Translations under genes and position numbers: made by a program | Notes under the pieces: model-generated | The model's input: only the letters and a program-made list of their open reading frames with translations | Told to the model about the DNA's origin: nothing | Database searches by the model: none | Shown here: in pieces, positions 51,113 through 60,343 of the stretch | How positions within the stretch are numbered: position 1 is the stretch's first letter | Layout of the letters: the number at the start of each line of letters is the position of its first letter | DNA from: Candidatus Methylacidiphilales bacterium | GTDB lineage: Bacteria > Verrucomicrobiota > Verrucomicrobiia > Methylacidiphilales > JAAUTS01 | NCBI GenBank assembly: GCA_028713655.1 | Contig: JAQTNW010000009.1 | Location: forward strand, 8,474 to 72,473 | Length of the DNA: 64,000 bases | Direction of reading: 5' to 3'

Positions 51113-52357
51113 TCATCGCATTTTCAAGCCCGAGATGGTCTGGAATATGCCGCTGATCATGGAATAGGCCACCAAGCCCACCATCAAGGCCATGACGATG
51201 ATGATGATCGGCTGGATCAGGGCCGTCAGCCGCTGGATCGACCGGCTCAGCTCACGGTCGTAGCGGATCGACGCCTTTTCGAGCGCGGTTCCCATGTCGC
51301 CCGTCTGCTCTCCCACTCCCACCATATCAATGAACAACGGGGGAAAATGCCCCACCTTTTTCAGTGCCCTTGAAAAACTTCCACCTTCCGCGACCACGTC
51401 AATCACCCCGGCCAGCAGAGCCTGAAAATGAACATTCTCTGTGGCCGAGTACATCAGCTTGAGCGAGTTTAATAGAGGGATGCCGTTCCCCACCAAATTG
51501 GCCAGGGTTTGGGAAAACTGGGCGTAATAGCGCATGGCGATGACCGAGCCCAGGAGAGGCATTTTCAGCTTGGTTTCATCCCACCAGCGCCGGCCCTGCT
51601 CCTGCTGGATATAAAACCAAAAGCCGGCCGTGGCGGCAGCCGCAACGGCTAAAACCAACAAGCCGTAGTGGCTGATAAAATCGCTAAAGGCAATCAGCAC
51701 GCGGGTGGGTAATGGCATGGACTTCCCCGTTTCCTTGAGCAACCGGGTCAGTTGGGGGACTAGGTAGCTCATGAACACGATCATGAGGATGCCGCCCGCG
51801 CCAAAAATAAAAGACGGATAGATCAAGGACTGCAAAACCTTGTTTTGCAACTCGTCAATCGCCTGCAGGTATTGGGCCTGCTTTCTGAGCAGCTTGGGCA
51901 TGGCGCCGCTGATTTCGCCCGCAGCCACCAAATTGCAATACAACTCGCCAAAGCTCGAACTGGTATTCCTCAATGCGGATGAAAAACTGGCGCCCTGCAC
52001 CACCTTTTCCCGCAGGGCAATCACCACTTCCTTCAATCCGCCGAGTTCCTGCCTGTGCTCCATCGCCCTCAGTGCCGGTTCCAGTTGCAATCCCGCTTCC
52101 AACAGGTCGCTCAGTTCCTCAGTAAACAGGATGATGCGGGAACGCGTCAATAACAATCCATTGGATATATCCTGGCGGGTTTTCTGGCGAAACTCTCCGA
52201 CGCCGGCGGGAGGCCCGGCCTGCTTCTGGTTCAAGGCGACCGGTTGCAGGTTTTGCTGTTCCAGCTTTCGGAACGCCTCGCTGCGCCCCGGAGCCTCGAT
52301 CTCGCCCTCTGTTTTGCTTCCGTCATGGGCTACCGCGCGGTATTGAAAAATCGGCAT
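51113..52357 (-). CDS. gspF: Type II secretion / type IV pilus platform protein (GspF/PilC family)
   Basis: MPIFQYRAVAHDGSKTEGEIEAPG start, two T2SSF repeats (LLEAGLQLEPAL.. and LVGNGIPLLNSL..) and three TMs. ATG at 52357. Confidence 0.85.
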   Translation of the reverse strand: MPIFQYRAVAHDGSKTEGEIEAPGRSEAFRKLEQQNLQPVALNQKQAGPPAGVGEFRQKTRQDISNGLLLTRSRIILFTEELSDLLEAGLQLEPALRAMEHRQELGGLKEVVIALREKVVQGASFSSALRNTSSSFGELYCNLVAAGEISGAMPKLLRKQAQYLQAIDELQNKVLQSLIYPSFIFGAGGILMIVFMSYLVPQLTRLLKETGKSMPLPTRVLIAFSDFISHYGLLVLAVAAAATAGFWFYIQQEQGRRWWDETKLKMPLLGSVIAMRYYAQFSQTLANLVGNGIPLLNSLKLMYSATENVHFQALLAGVIDVVAEGGSFSRALKKVGHFPPLFIDMVGVGEQTGDMGTALEKASIRYDRELSRSIQRLTALIQPIIIIVMALMVGLVAYSMISGIFQTISGLKMR

Positions 52358-52376
52358 CGCTTTCGTCCCCGGCTTG

Positions 52377-54173
52377 CTATTCGTCGAGCACGGCAATATC
52401 CGCGCTGGTGACCCGCACCACTTCCTCCACGGTTGTGATGCCGGCTATGACCTTCGAAAATCCATATTGGCGCAGGGGCAGCATCCCCTCCTCAAGCGCA
52501 ACCGCCCGCAAAGCGCCTGCGGACTTCTTCTGCGTGATCAGATCCTCAATGCGTTTGGAAACCAGGCAGATTTCAAAAATTGCGGTCCGTCCCATGTATC
52601 CCGTATTACGGCAACGCTCGCAGCCCTGTGGCTGGTAAATGGCGGATTTTTTCTCCAATGGGAATCCGATCTCCTTCAAATATGAATCCGGATGGCTGGC
52701 CGGGCGCCGGCAATGCGGGCAAAGCACGCGCACCAGCCGTTGCGCAATGAATGCGCGCACCGACGAACCGACCAGGAAGGGCTCCACGCCCATGTCGATC
52801 AAGCGCGTGATGCCCCCGATTGCATCGTTGGTGTGCAGTGTGCTGAACACCAAATGCCCGGTCAGCGCCGCGCGCACCGCAATCTCCGCCGTCTCAAAAT
52901 CGCGCATTTCCCCCACCATGATGACATTCGGGTCGCCGCGCAGGATGCTTCTCAGTCCCGCCGCAAAGGTCAGCTCGATCTCCGGTTTGACGGCAATCTG
53001 GATCACCCCGTCCAGCTTGTGTTCCACCGGGTCCTCGATCGTGACAATCCGGCGCTCCTTGGTGTTGAGGCTCGATAGAAACGTGTAAAGCGATGTGGAT
53101 TTCCCGCACCCAGTCGGCCCGGTCAGCAACACAATGCCGTTCGGCTGCGACAGCAGGCTTCGCACCTTTTGCTCCGCCGCGGAATCCAGCCCGAGGAGCG
53201 CGAAATCAAATTGCTGCTGGCCCAGCAAACGCAGGCTGATGCTTTCACCGGTCACGGAGGGGATGCAGGCCACGCGAACGTCAATCGGCTGCCCTTCCAG
53301 TTCCAAATTGATGCGACCGTCCTGTGGAAGCCTTTTTTCGGCAATGTCCAGATGCGCCATGATCTTGACGCGCGAAATCACCGAGGCCTGCAACAGCTTG
53401 ATCTGCGAGGGGACCGGTACCTCATGCAAAACCCCGTCAATCCGGTAGCGGATGCGGAGATCATTCTCCAGCGGCTCGATGTGAATATCCGTCGCATGTT
53501 CCTCCAGAGCTTCCCTCATGATCTGGTTGACAAATTTGACCACCGACGCCTCGGACTCGTCCGGATCCAGGACATTGATCTCCTGCTTGATTTCCTGCAG
53601 CGCATCATCGATCTCCCGGCCTTCCAGGATTTGATCGAAGGTCTCGGCCCCGACGCCGTATCCCTGACGCAGCGATTGTAAAATTTTGCGCCGTGAGGCA
53701 AGCACCCACTGAATCGGGCGGTCCGGAACGGTTTGTGCGGCGGCTTTTCGCGCGACGAGGTCAAACGGGTCGTAGGTGGACAACCAGAATCCGTCGGCAT
53801 CTTCTCCCATTGGCAGGAGGTGGTAACGCAAGGCAATGCGGGCCGGAAATTTATCGCGCAACGCGGCCGGAATGGCGGGAAGCACCTCATCCTTGCATGG
53901 GATTCCGAACAAACCGGCCATGCCGGAAATAAACCGTTCCTCCTCGACCAGGTCGCTGTCCAGGACTGCGGTGACCAGGGATTTTTGCATCGCAACCGCC
54001 TTTTGCAAATGATCGCTCAGGGCCGCACCATCCTCACAACCGCTCTGCCGGGCCAAATCCGCCAGTTGCTGCTGTAGAAACATGGGCCAACTGTAGCCGA
54101 CATCCGCCCGGCTCCCAGCCTTTTTTAAAGCCGACTTTGGGCTTGCAACGTCGCGAGAAAGACAAAAGAACAC
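52377..54173 (-). CDS. gspE: Type II secretion / type IV pilus assembly ATPase (GspE/PilB family)
   Basis: Walker A LLTGPTGCGKSTSL, Asp box, Walker B IMVGEMRD, His box LVFSTLHTND, tetra-Cys CPHC...CERC. An alternative start is ATG 54083 (MFLQQQLADL). Confidence 0.9.
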   Translation of the reverse strand: MFFCLSRDVASPKSALKKAGSRADVGYSWPMFLQQQLADLARQSGCEDGAALSDHLQKAVAMQKSLVTAVLDSDLVEEERFISGMAGLFGIPCKDEVLPAIPAALRDKFPARIALRYHLLPMGEDADGFWLSTYDPFDLVARKAAAQTVPDRPIQWVLASRRKILQSLRQGYGVGAETFDQILEGREIDDALQEIKQEINVLDPDESEASVVKFVNQIMREALEEHATDIHIEPLENDLRIRYRIDGVLHEVPVPSQIKLLQASVISRVKIMAHLDIAEKRLPQDGRINLELEGQPIDVRVACIPSVTGESISLRLLGQQQFDFALLGLDSAAEQKVRSLLSQPNGIVLLTGPTGCGKSTSLYTFLSSLNTKERRIVTIEDPVEHKLDGVIQIAVKPEIELTFAAGLRSILRGDPNVIMVGEMRDFETAEIAVRAALTGHLVFSTLHTNDAIGGITRLIDMGVEPFLVGSSVRAFIAQRLVRVLCPHCRRPASHPDSYLKEIGFPLEKKSAIYQPQGCERCRNTGYMGRTAIFEICLVSKRIEDLITQKKSAGALRAVALEEGMLPLRQYGFSKVIAGITTVEEVVRVTSADIAVLDE

Positions 54174-54176
54174 GTT

Positions 54177-54213
54177 ATTAACGCAAAGGGCATAAGGCGC
54201 AGAGGCGCAAAAG
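54177..54213 (+). repeat. R6 element
   Basis: ATTAACGCAAAGGGCATAAGGCGCAGAGGCGCAAAAG. Confidence 0.75.
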
Positions 54214-54466
54214 ATACAAATGGAAGGATTGGAGTGAAATGACGCTCATATTTGTAATTTTCGTGGTTCAACATGTGTTTGGCTTGCTGCGCCTTCAACA
54301 CTCCTGGATTTTATGTTGAAAATTGCTTGTTTCAACCTTGCGTCTTTTGCCCCCTGCTCGCGACGAATGTCGGAGTTGGCGTCTTTGCGTTAAACTCTCT
54401 AATAATTACTGACGCCAACTCGGGATTGATGTAGCATCGGCCCAAATCTTCCACCTTTCCATCCTT

Positions 54467-56593
54467 ATGAAAAACATTCTCCTGCTCGCTTCAGCCGGTC
54501 TGGCGACCCTGCTCATCGGCATTGCCGGAGGGCGTTACCTGCTTCCGGCATCTTCGCCTTCCCCCTTGTTTTCCGGGCACAAGGAAACATCGCCATCCGG
54601 AGGGACAAAACCTTCCGGGTCCAGTTCGCAATTGTTGGCCGAAACGAATCCAACTTCCGGCACGGGGCCATCCGCCTCAACAGCGCCCAAGGATCTCGCC
54701 TCAATCCTCAATGAGCCGAACGGCTATCGCAAGCAGCGCGACCTTTACCTCTACGCCGACACCCTCGCAGCCAAGGACATCCCGGAAGCCTTGAAACAGA
54801 TCAACGCCATGCCCATGAGCATGGACAAATATTTGGCCCTGTCCACGCTCGGCGGACGGTGGGCGGAACTTGATCCCGAAGGCGCACTGGCGTACTCGGA
54901 TAAAGCGCTTAAAGGTACTGACAAATCATTGGCCTACTCCATTATCGGCAGTGTCTATGGCTCTCTCGCGGCATCCAACCCGGAACACGCTCTGGGCCTG
55001 GCCCAAAAAATAGAAGACACCCAGCAACGGAGCATCGCCACGCAGGCCATTTTGAGCCAGCTCGCACAGCAGGACCCAGCCAAGGCGCTTCAACTGGCGC
55101 AAAGCGTCAAGGACCAAAGCCGAAATTGGATATACCAAAACATTTTCAGCACGATGGCCTCCAAGGACCCGGCGCAAGCCTCGCAAATGGCGCTGCAGTT
55201 GCCCGCAGGCGAACAACGCCGGCAGGCAATCCAGGGCGTCGCCATGTCTTGGGCTCAAAAAGACCGCCCCGCCGCGCTTGCCTGGCTGGAGCAACTTCCT
55301 TCCGGCAACGATCAAAACATGGCCATGCAAACTATTGTCTCCAACTGGGCCGCGTCGGATCCAAAAGCGGCCGCCGCTTACATCGACAACATCCCCAGCA
55401 CAGGGCAAAAGAACAACCTGATCTCCAGCATCGCCTGGCAATGGGCGCAAAATGATACCCCGAGCGCCCTCGAATGGGCGCAAAAGCTGCCGCCTTCCCA
55501 GGCGAAAAGCTCCGCCTTGCAACAAATCACATCCCAGTGGGCGCAAAAAGACCCCAAAGCCGCCGCCGCATTCGTCGATACCCTTCCCCCGGGCAACCAA
55601 AAAAATAACATCGTCAGATCCATCGCCATACAATGGGCCAACACCGATGTTCCCTCGGCATTGGACTGGGTGCAAAAATTGCCCGACGGCCAGAACCGCA
55701 ACAACGCCTTGCAAAACATCGTTTCCCAATGGGCGCACAACGACCCCAAAGCCGCCGTGCAATACGCCCAGTCGATCCAACAAGCCAGCGCGCGCGGCGA
55801 TGTGCTAAGATCGGCCGCCTCTCAATGGGTCAGCAGCGACCCCGCAGCGGCCATCGACTGGCTCAAGTCCCTCCCCGAAGGTGAAAGCAAAAACCAGGTG
55901 ATCAACGGCATCAGCTACCAGTGGGCCAGCAACGACCTCAAATCAGCGGCAACTTTTGCGCTCACATTGCCTCCGGGACAAGCCCAAACCAACATGATCA
56001 ATGCCGTTGCCAACCAATGGAGTTCGGAAGACCCGGCCAAGGCGCTTGCGTGGATCGGGCAATTGAGCGAGGGCGACGCGAAGAACCAGGCAATGTCCAG
56101 CGCTGTGGGCCAATGGGCCGGAAATGACCCGAAGGCTGCTGCGACCTACATCAATTCGATGCAGGAGGGCGACGCCAAGAATAACGCCATCAGCTCGGTG
56201 GCAAGCCGCTGGGGCGACTCGGATCCGGCGGCGGCGGCGCAGTGGCTTTCCAACCTCCCGGACAACAATCAGAAGACCAACGCCATGTCCAACATCGCCA
56301 GCCAGTGGGGGCGCAATGATCCTGAAAAAGCCTCCGTCTGGCTGGATAAACTGCCGGCCGGGCCTTCACGCGACGCGGCCGTCCGTTCCTTTTCAACCCA
56401 GGTCATCAACGCCGACCCCGAGGGCGCCTACATGTGGGCCGCCAGCATCGGGGATGAAAACAATCGCAACAGCCAAGTCCAATACGTCCTCCAACACTGG
56501 ATGAAAATCGACTCCACGGCGGCGGCGGCAGCCGTTCAAAAATCCTCCCTCAGCGACCAGGACAAGCAACGATTACTTCAAATGAAGCGTTAG
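54467..56593 (+). CDS. Membrane-anchored protein made of ~16 tandem ~36-aa helical (HEAT/ARM-like) repeats
   Basis: N-terminal TM NILLLASAGLATLLIGIAGG, then repeated units of the form ..QWAQKDPKAAAAFVDTLPPGNQKNNIVRSIAI.. . Confidence 0.75.
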   Translation: MKNILLLASAGLATLLIGIAGGRYLLPASSPSPLFSGHKETSPSGGTKPSGSSSQLLAETNPTSGTGPSASTAPKDLASILNEPNGYRKQRDLYLYADTLAAKDIPEALKQINAMPMSMDKYLALSTLGGRWAELDPEGALAYSDKALKGTDKSLAYSIIGSVYGSLAASNPEHALGLAQKIEDTQQRSIATQAILSQLAQQDPAKALQLAQSVKDQSRNWIYQNIFSTMASKDPAQASQMALQLPAGEQRRQAIQGVAMSWAQKDRPAALAWLEQLPSGNDQNMAMQTIVSNWAASDPKAAAAYIDNIPSTGQKNNLISSIAWQWAQNDTPSALEWAQKLPPSQAKSSALQQITSQWAQKDPKAAAAFVDTLPPGNQKNNIVRSIAIQWANTDVPSALDWVQKLPDGQNRNNALQNIVSQWAHNDPKAAVQYAQSIQQASARGDVLRSAASQWVSSDPAAAIDWLKSLPEGESKNQVINGISYQWASNDLKSAATFALTLPPGQAQTNMINAVANQWSSEDPAKALAWIGQLSEGDAKNQAMSSAVGQWAGNDPKAAATYINSMQEGDAKNNAISSVASRWGDSDPAAAAQWLSNLPDNNQKTNAMSNIASQWGRNDPEKASVWLDKLPAGPSRDAAVRSFSTQVINADPEGAYMWAASIGDENNRNSQVQYVLQHWMKIDSTAAAAAVQKSSLSDQDKQRLLQMKR

Positions 56594-57576
56594 AGATTCG
56601 GATGGCCGGGATTTTCATCCCGCGCCTCTGCGTCCGGCGTGAGATGGGGATAGGAAATCCGGCCCGTCCGGCGTGTCAGGTTGTACCAAAGGGCCTTGCG
56701 CCTTTGCTCAAGCCCCAGTTGAATGGCCGCGTCGGAAACAAACTCCACCGATGACAAAAATCCCACACGTTCTGGCACACTGAGCATTTCCTTCCGGTTC
56801 CATTCGACGGAAAGCAGGCCGCTGAGCATCTCATTGTAATTTTCATTAAAGCAGGAAAAAAGAACGTCCGCTTCCGTAAGGATCACACACTGGGCGGCCA
56901 GCAGCCGTTCCTCATGATCCGGCGGCAGTTGGCGGCATTCGCGGTAAGCAACCCTCACCAGGGGGACGCCATTGGCAAAATCGGTTGAAACAATCATCCG
57001 CCCGATCCGTTCGATCCGCTCCTCCCCAAGCCCCGCCTCAACCAGCACGGGGTAAATGATATGATAAGACCGCGTCTCCAGCTCATAGGCGTGCCGGTTG
57101 ATCCCGCCTGTATGCCCCAGATCGTGCGCCGCCGCCGCAATCAGCAGTTCCACCACGCGGTCAACCGGGAGATGTTCCCGCATTCCCAGGCAATAGGCCG
57201 CCAGGATCACTTCCGTCACATGCTGGTCATTGTGATACGTCGGCTGCTCCCCGCCTGTTCCCGCCATTTCGCTGGCTTTCAACGCGGCCCGCCCCAATTC
57301 CGACTCCAGTCCACATCCAAGCTTCTGCAGTAAAATCGGCATGATGAGGCCGGGCTTGGCCTTGCTCGCGCGAAGTTTTTCAGCTTCGGCGGCAAAAACA
57401 TCCAGCAAGTTTTCCCCGGGCTTGTCATCCATTCCGGACACATCCCGGGCCCCTTTGGCTTCATGAATGGTCCCGACCAACCCCTTGAGATCAATCAGGG
57501 TGGTGGCGGAAAATTCCGGCAACTGCGGCACACGGGAAGTGCCGCTGTCTGGATCGGGCTGTTTCATCTGTCCCAA
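56590..57576 (-). CDS. HD-domain metal-dependent phosphohydrolase with class-I cyclic-nucleotide-phosphodiesterase-like motifs
   Basis: TYHNDQHVTEV (compare PDE YHNxxHAxDV), AAAHDLGHTGGIN (compare HD[LIV]xHxG..N), IVSTDF (compare ATDM), LTEADVLFS (compare xCADxS). Confidence 0.55.
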   Translation of the reverse strand: MGQMKQPDPDSGTSRVPQLPEFSATTLIDLKGLVGTIHEAKGARDVSGMDDKPGENLLDVFAAEAEKLRASKAKPGLIMPILLQKLGCGLESELGRAALKASEMAGTGGEQPTYHNDQHVTEVILAAYCLGMREHLPVDRVVELLIAAAAHDLGHTGGINRHAYELETRSYHIIYPVLVEAGLGEERIERIGRMIVSTDFANGVPLVRVAYRECRQLPPDHEERLLAAQCVILTEADVLFSCFNENYNEMLSGLLSVEWNRKEMLSVPERVGFLSSVEFVSDAAIQLGLEQRRKALWYNLTRRTGRISYPHLTPDAEARDENPGHPNL

Positions 57577-57580
57577 TCCT

Positions 57581-57650
57581 AGCCTGCTTATCCCACACCC
57601 GCCATGAAAAATCTCCCCATGGTCTTTTCCGCGCAGGGCTGGAAAAATGA
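57581..57650 (+). repeat. R2 element, truncated copy (left arm and loop only)
   Basis: AGCCTGCTTATCCCACACCCGCCATGAAAAATCTCCCCATGGTCTTTTCC aligns with 36701-36750. No right arm. Confidence 0.6.
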
Positions 57651-57660
57651 TGCGTTTTTC

Positions 57661-57688
57661 TTAATTCTTAATTCTGACTTCTGAATTC
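57661..57688 (+). repeat. R8 heptamer tandem array
   Basis: TTAATTC TTAATTC TGACTTC TGAATTC. Confidence 0.75.
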
Positions 57689-57712
57689 TCCAGGATTTCC
57701 CGTCATAGAGAG

Positions 57713-59203
57713 TCACTCTACCTTTTCAATATCCACTAAAGTAAGGCCCGGATGCAGCGCCTTCGGGACCTGATTCGGCCGGTCCCAGCAAATGGCCGCC
57801 TTGTTTTTTAAAATCAACCGGTAAAACGCCGCGCGCCGGTCAAATTGCCCGCGCTGGGCGGGAACCGGGGAAATCCAGCCATCGACAAAGCGGTGATAGG
57901 CCTCATACGAAACCGCCACGTGCGTGACCCCCAGAGCCCGAAGCTCGGCGACAGATCCAATATCGGCGACAAACACATCCTCTTCAATCCTCCGGCCCCC
58001 GGTTATCGCGGGATTCAGGCTCACATTCAAATCCTGGGCAATGACCGCATCCGAAGGCAGCCGGGTGCGGATGTATTCCGCAAGCTGGCCCCGGCTGTCG
58101 GATTTGAATCCAAGATAAACCGGCAGCCAGCGCGAATATGAATCGGCCAGCGCCACGCTCCACAACAGTAATACAGCCGCACAGCCCGCGCGGCCCGGCC
58201 AAATCCGCCGCAAAATCAACACCGGTCCGTAATAACCGGCGGCGCAAACAAGCAAAAAAACAGGGAAAAGATAACGGTCCGAATACTTCGCCGAAAGAGC
58301 CACAATGCCAAAATAGAAAAACGGCAACGCGAGGAGGCACCATTCCACAGGCCGTGTTTTCTTAAAATTCCAAATGCAGGTTCCCCCGTAAATCACAAAC
58401 CCCACACCAAGCACCGCGGGAATTTGTTCCCTGAGCAGCCGAAGGTAGTCGGCGGCCGGCGATACCACAAGCAATCCGTATTCCCCCTTGATCAGGCGGT
58501 AGCCTTCGTCCGAGGCAGCCTCGCGAAACGTGTTCCAATCCGCCAACAACGGCCAGTTCCACCACAAGACCAGCCCCGCAAAAAAGAGCGCCCCGGCCAG
58601 TGCGGCCGCATATCCGCCCTTACGCGCTGGCCGAAGAAGATAAAAACCGGCAAATGGAGCCGCCAGCCATCCCGCATATTTGCCGCTAACGCAAAGAGCC
58701 AGGGCAAACGCCAAAAACAACCGTTTGGGCAGGTTGTCGTTCTGTTCGCACAGCATCATGCCCGTGAAAGTCAGAACCACCCCGGCAAGAAACAAAGTGT
58801 CTTCCTTGAAATAATGCGCCGCTTCAAAAAACCAGGGCTGGAATAAAAGCAACAATCCCGCTCCGGCTCCCGCGAAACTTCCCGCCCTCAAAGCCGCCAT
58901 CCAGACAAGCGCCACCAGCGCCACACCGGCACAAAGGGTCGAAAACAGCCTGCCGCATTCCACAACCTTCTGTTCATCTCCATTGCCTTTCCCGGGCGAG
59001 AAAAAGGAGACCACCGACAGCATCAAGGGCGGGTGTCGAAGATTTCGCATTCCACCCATGACCTGCATTACCTTGGAGGGTTCATCGTTATGATACCACC
59101 AATTGAACCGGCTTTGAGGAACCACCAGCAACAGCAGGAGAATCAAAACAAAGGCGGAAGCCAAACTTGCAATTTTAAAATTCAAACCAGACACCATGCG
59201 CAT
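57713..59203 (-). CDS. GT-C fold glycosyltransferase (family 39 / ArnT-PMT-like)
   Basis: 496 aa, polytopic. First-loop YHNDEPS acidic motif, RHPPLMLSVV, SGKYAGW. C-terminal soluble domain. Confidence 0.65.
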   Translation of the reverse strand: MRMVSGLNFKIASLASAFVLILLLLLVVPQSRFNWWYHNDEPSKVMQVMGGMRNLRHPPLMLSVVSFFSPGKGNGDEQKVVECGRLFSTLCAGVALVALVWMAALRAGSFAGAGAGLLLLFQPWFFEAAHYFKEDTLFLAGVVLTFTGMMLCEQNDNLPKRLFLAFALALCVSGKYAGWLAAPFAGFYLLRPARKGGYAAALAGALFFAGLVLWWNWPLLADWNTFREAASDEGYRLIKGEYGLLVVSPAADYLRLLREQIPAVLGVGFVIYGGTCIWNFKKTRPVEWCLLALPFFYFGIVALSAKYSDRYLFPVFLLVCAAGYYGPVLILRRIWPGRAGCAAVLLLWSVALADSYSRWLPVYLGFKSDSRGQLAEYIRTRLPSDAVIAQDLNVSLNPAITGGRRIEEDVFVADIGSVAELRALGVTHVAVSYEAYHRFVDGWISPVPAQRGQFDRRAAFYRLILKNKAAICWDRPNQVPKALHPGLTLVDIEKVE

Positions 59204-59346
59204 TTCGGGGACAAAGGCAAATCTGTAATAAGCTGTAATAATCCACAGGGGAAACCTCCTTAATAACGAACAAAGTGCTTCCGTATTGTGAATAACTAAA
59301 ACAAAAGGATTTGTGCTTCCATCCGTTGGAACGCTAACTTTCTAAC

Positions 59347-59811
59347 ATGTCCACAATCACTCAAACCGAACGGCCTGTTTCCAGAGTGGATCTGAAATCC
59401 TATGATTTTACGGGATATCGAATCCTGGTGATCGATGACAATGACGGGGTGCTTTTTTCCCTGCAAAAATGCCTCCACGAACTCGGAGCCTGGGTGACCA
59501 CGGCGGCTTCAGGCCGGGATGGCCTTGAATTATTGGACCTGGAACCCTTTCACCTCATCATTCTGGATATTATGATGCCCAAACCGGATGGCTGGGATAT
59601 TTTCGTGAAATTGCGCCGCTCCGATCGCCACAAAACCCTGCCGGTTGTTTTCCTGACCGGGTTGATTTCCGTTCCGCAGTCAAATTTTCTGAACAAGGGA
59701 TATTCCGAATATTGCCGCATCGTGACCAAGGGAGAGCCGATGCAACGGCTGGTCGGCGTCATTCATGATCTGCTGGGCTCTTGCGCCCAATCGCCAGCCT
59801 CTTCGCATTAA
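59347..59811 (+). CDS. Single-domain response regulator (CheY-like receiver)
   Basis: ILVIDDNDG...HLIILDIMMPKPDGWDIF...LPVVFLTGL...VTKGEP. Confidence 0.85.
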   Translation: MSTITQTERPVSRVDLKSYDFTGYRILVIDDNDGVLFSLQKCLHELGAWVTTAASGRDGLELLDLEPFHLIILDIMMPKPDGWDIFVKLRRSDRHKTLPVVFLTGLISVPQSNFLNKGYSEYCRIVTKGEPMQRLVGVIHDLLGSCAQSPASSH

Positions 59812-59911
59812 AACTCCGGTCTGTTCGAAAATAGACGGCCATTTGGCCCTGTCCGTTTGACACCAAGCCCCTAAAATGGCATGCTCTGCACGAATTAGTT
59901 TATAAACCGCC

Positions 59912-60343
59912 ATGCCACCTGATAAAGCTGAAGTCAAACTCAGAGCGGTCAAACGCTGCCTGAAGGACAAGTCCATTCTCGTTGTGGATGATGACCCCGC
60001 ATGGACCGGCGCCATGGTCAAATTGCTGGAAAGCCTCGGCGCAAGCGTCAACTCCGCCGCCAACGGAACCGATTGCATCCGGCTTTTACGCTCGGTTCAT
60101 TTTGATCTCGTCCTACTCGACATTCTGATGCCCGGAATCGACGGCTGGGACGTGTTTGCCATGATGAAAAACATTCTTCAAAACCGTGAAATACCCGTTC
60201 TCATTCTCACCGGATTGACGAAAGAAGGCGTCTCGGAAAAATTGGCGCGCCTGCCCGTTCCGGAAAACCAGGTGCTCCAGAAAAATTCGCCGCCTGAGAC
60301 GATCCTGCAGGCCATCTGTAAAATTCTAAGCCCGCCGGAATGA
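59912..60343 (+). CDS. Single-domain response regulator (CheY-like receiver), paralog of the preceding gene
   Basis: ILVVDDDPA...DLVLLDILMPGIDGWDVF...IPVLILTGL...LQKNSP. Confidence 0.85.
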   Translation: MPPDKAEVKLRAVKRCLKDKSILVVDDDPAWTGAMVKLLESLGASVNSAANGTDCIRLLRSVHFDLVLLDILMPGIDGWDVFAMMKNILQNREIPVLILTGLTKEGVSEKLARLPVPENQVLQKNSPPETILQAICKILSPPE

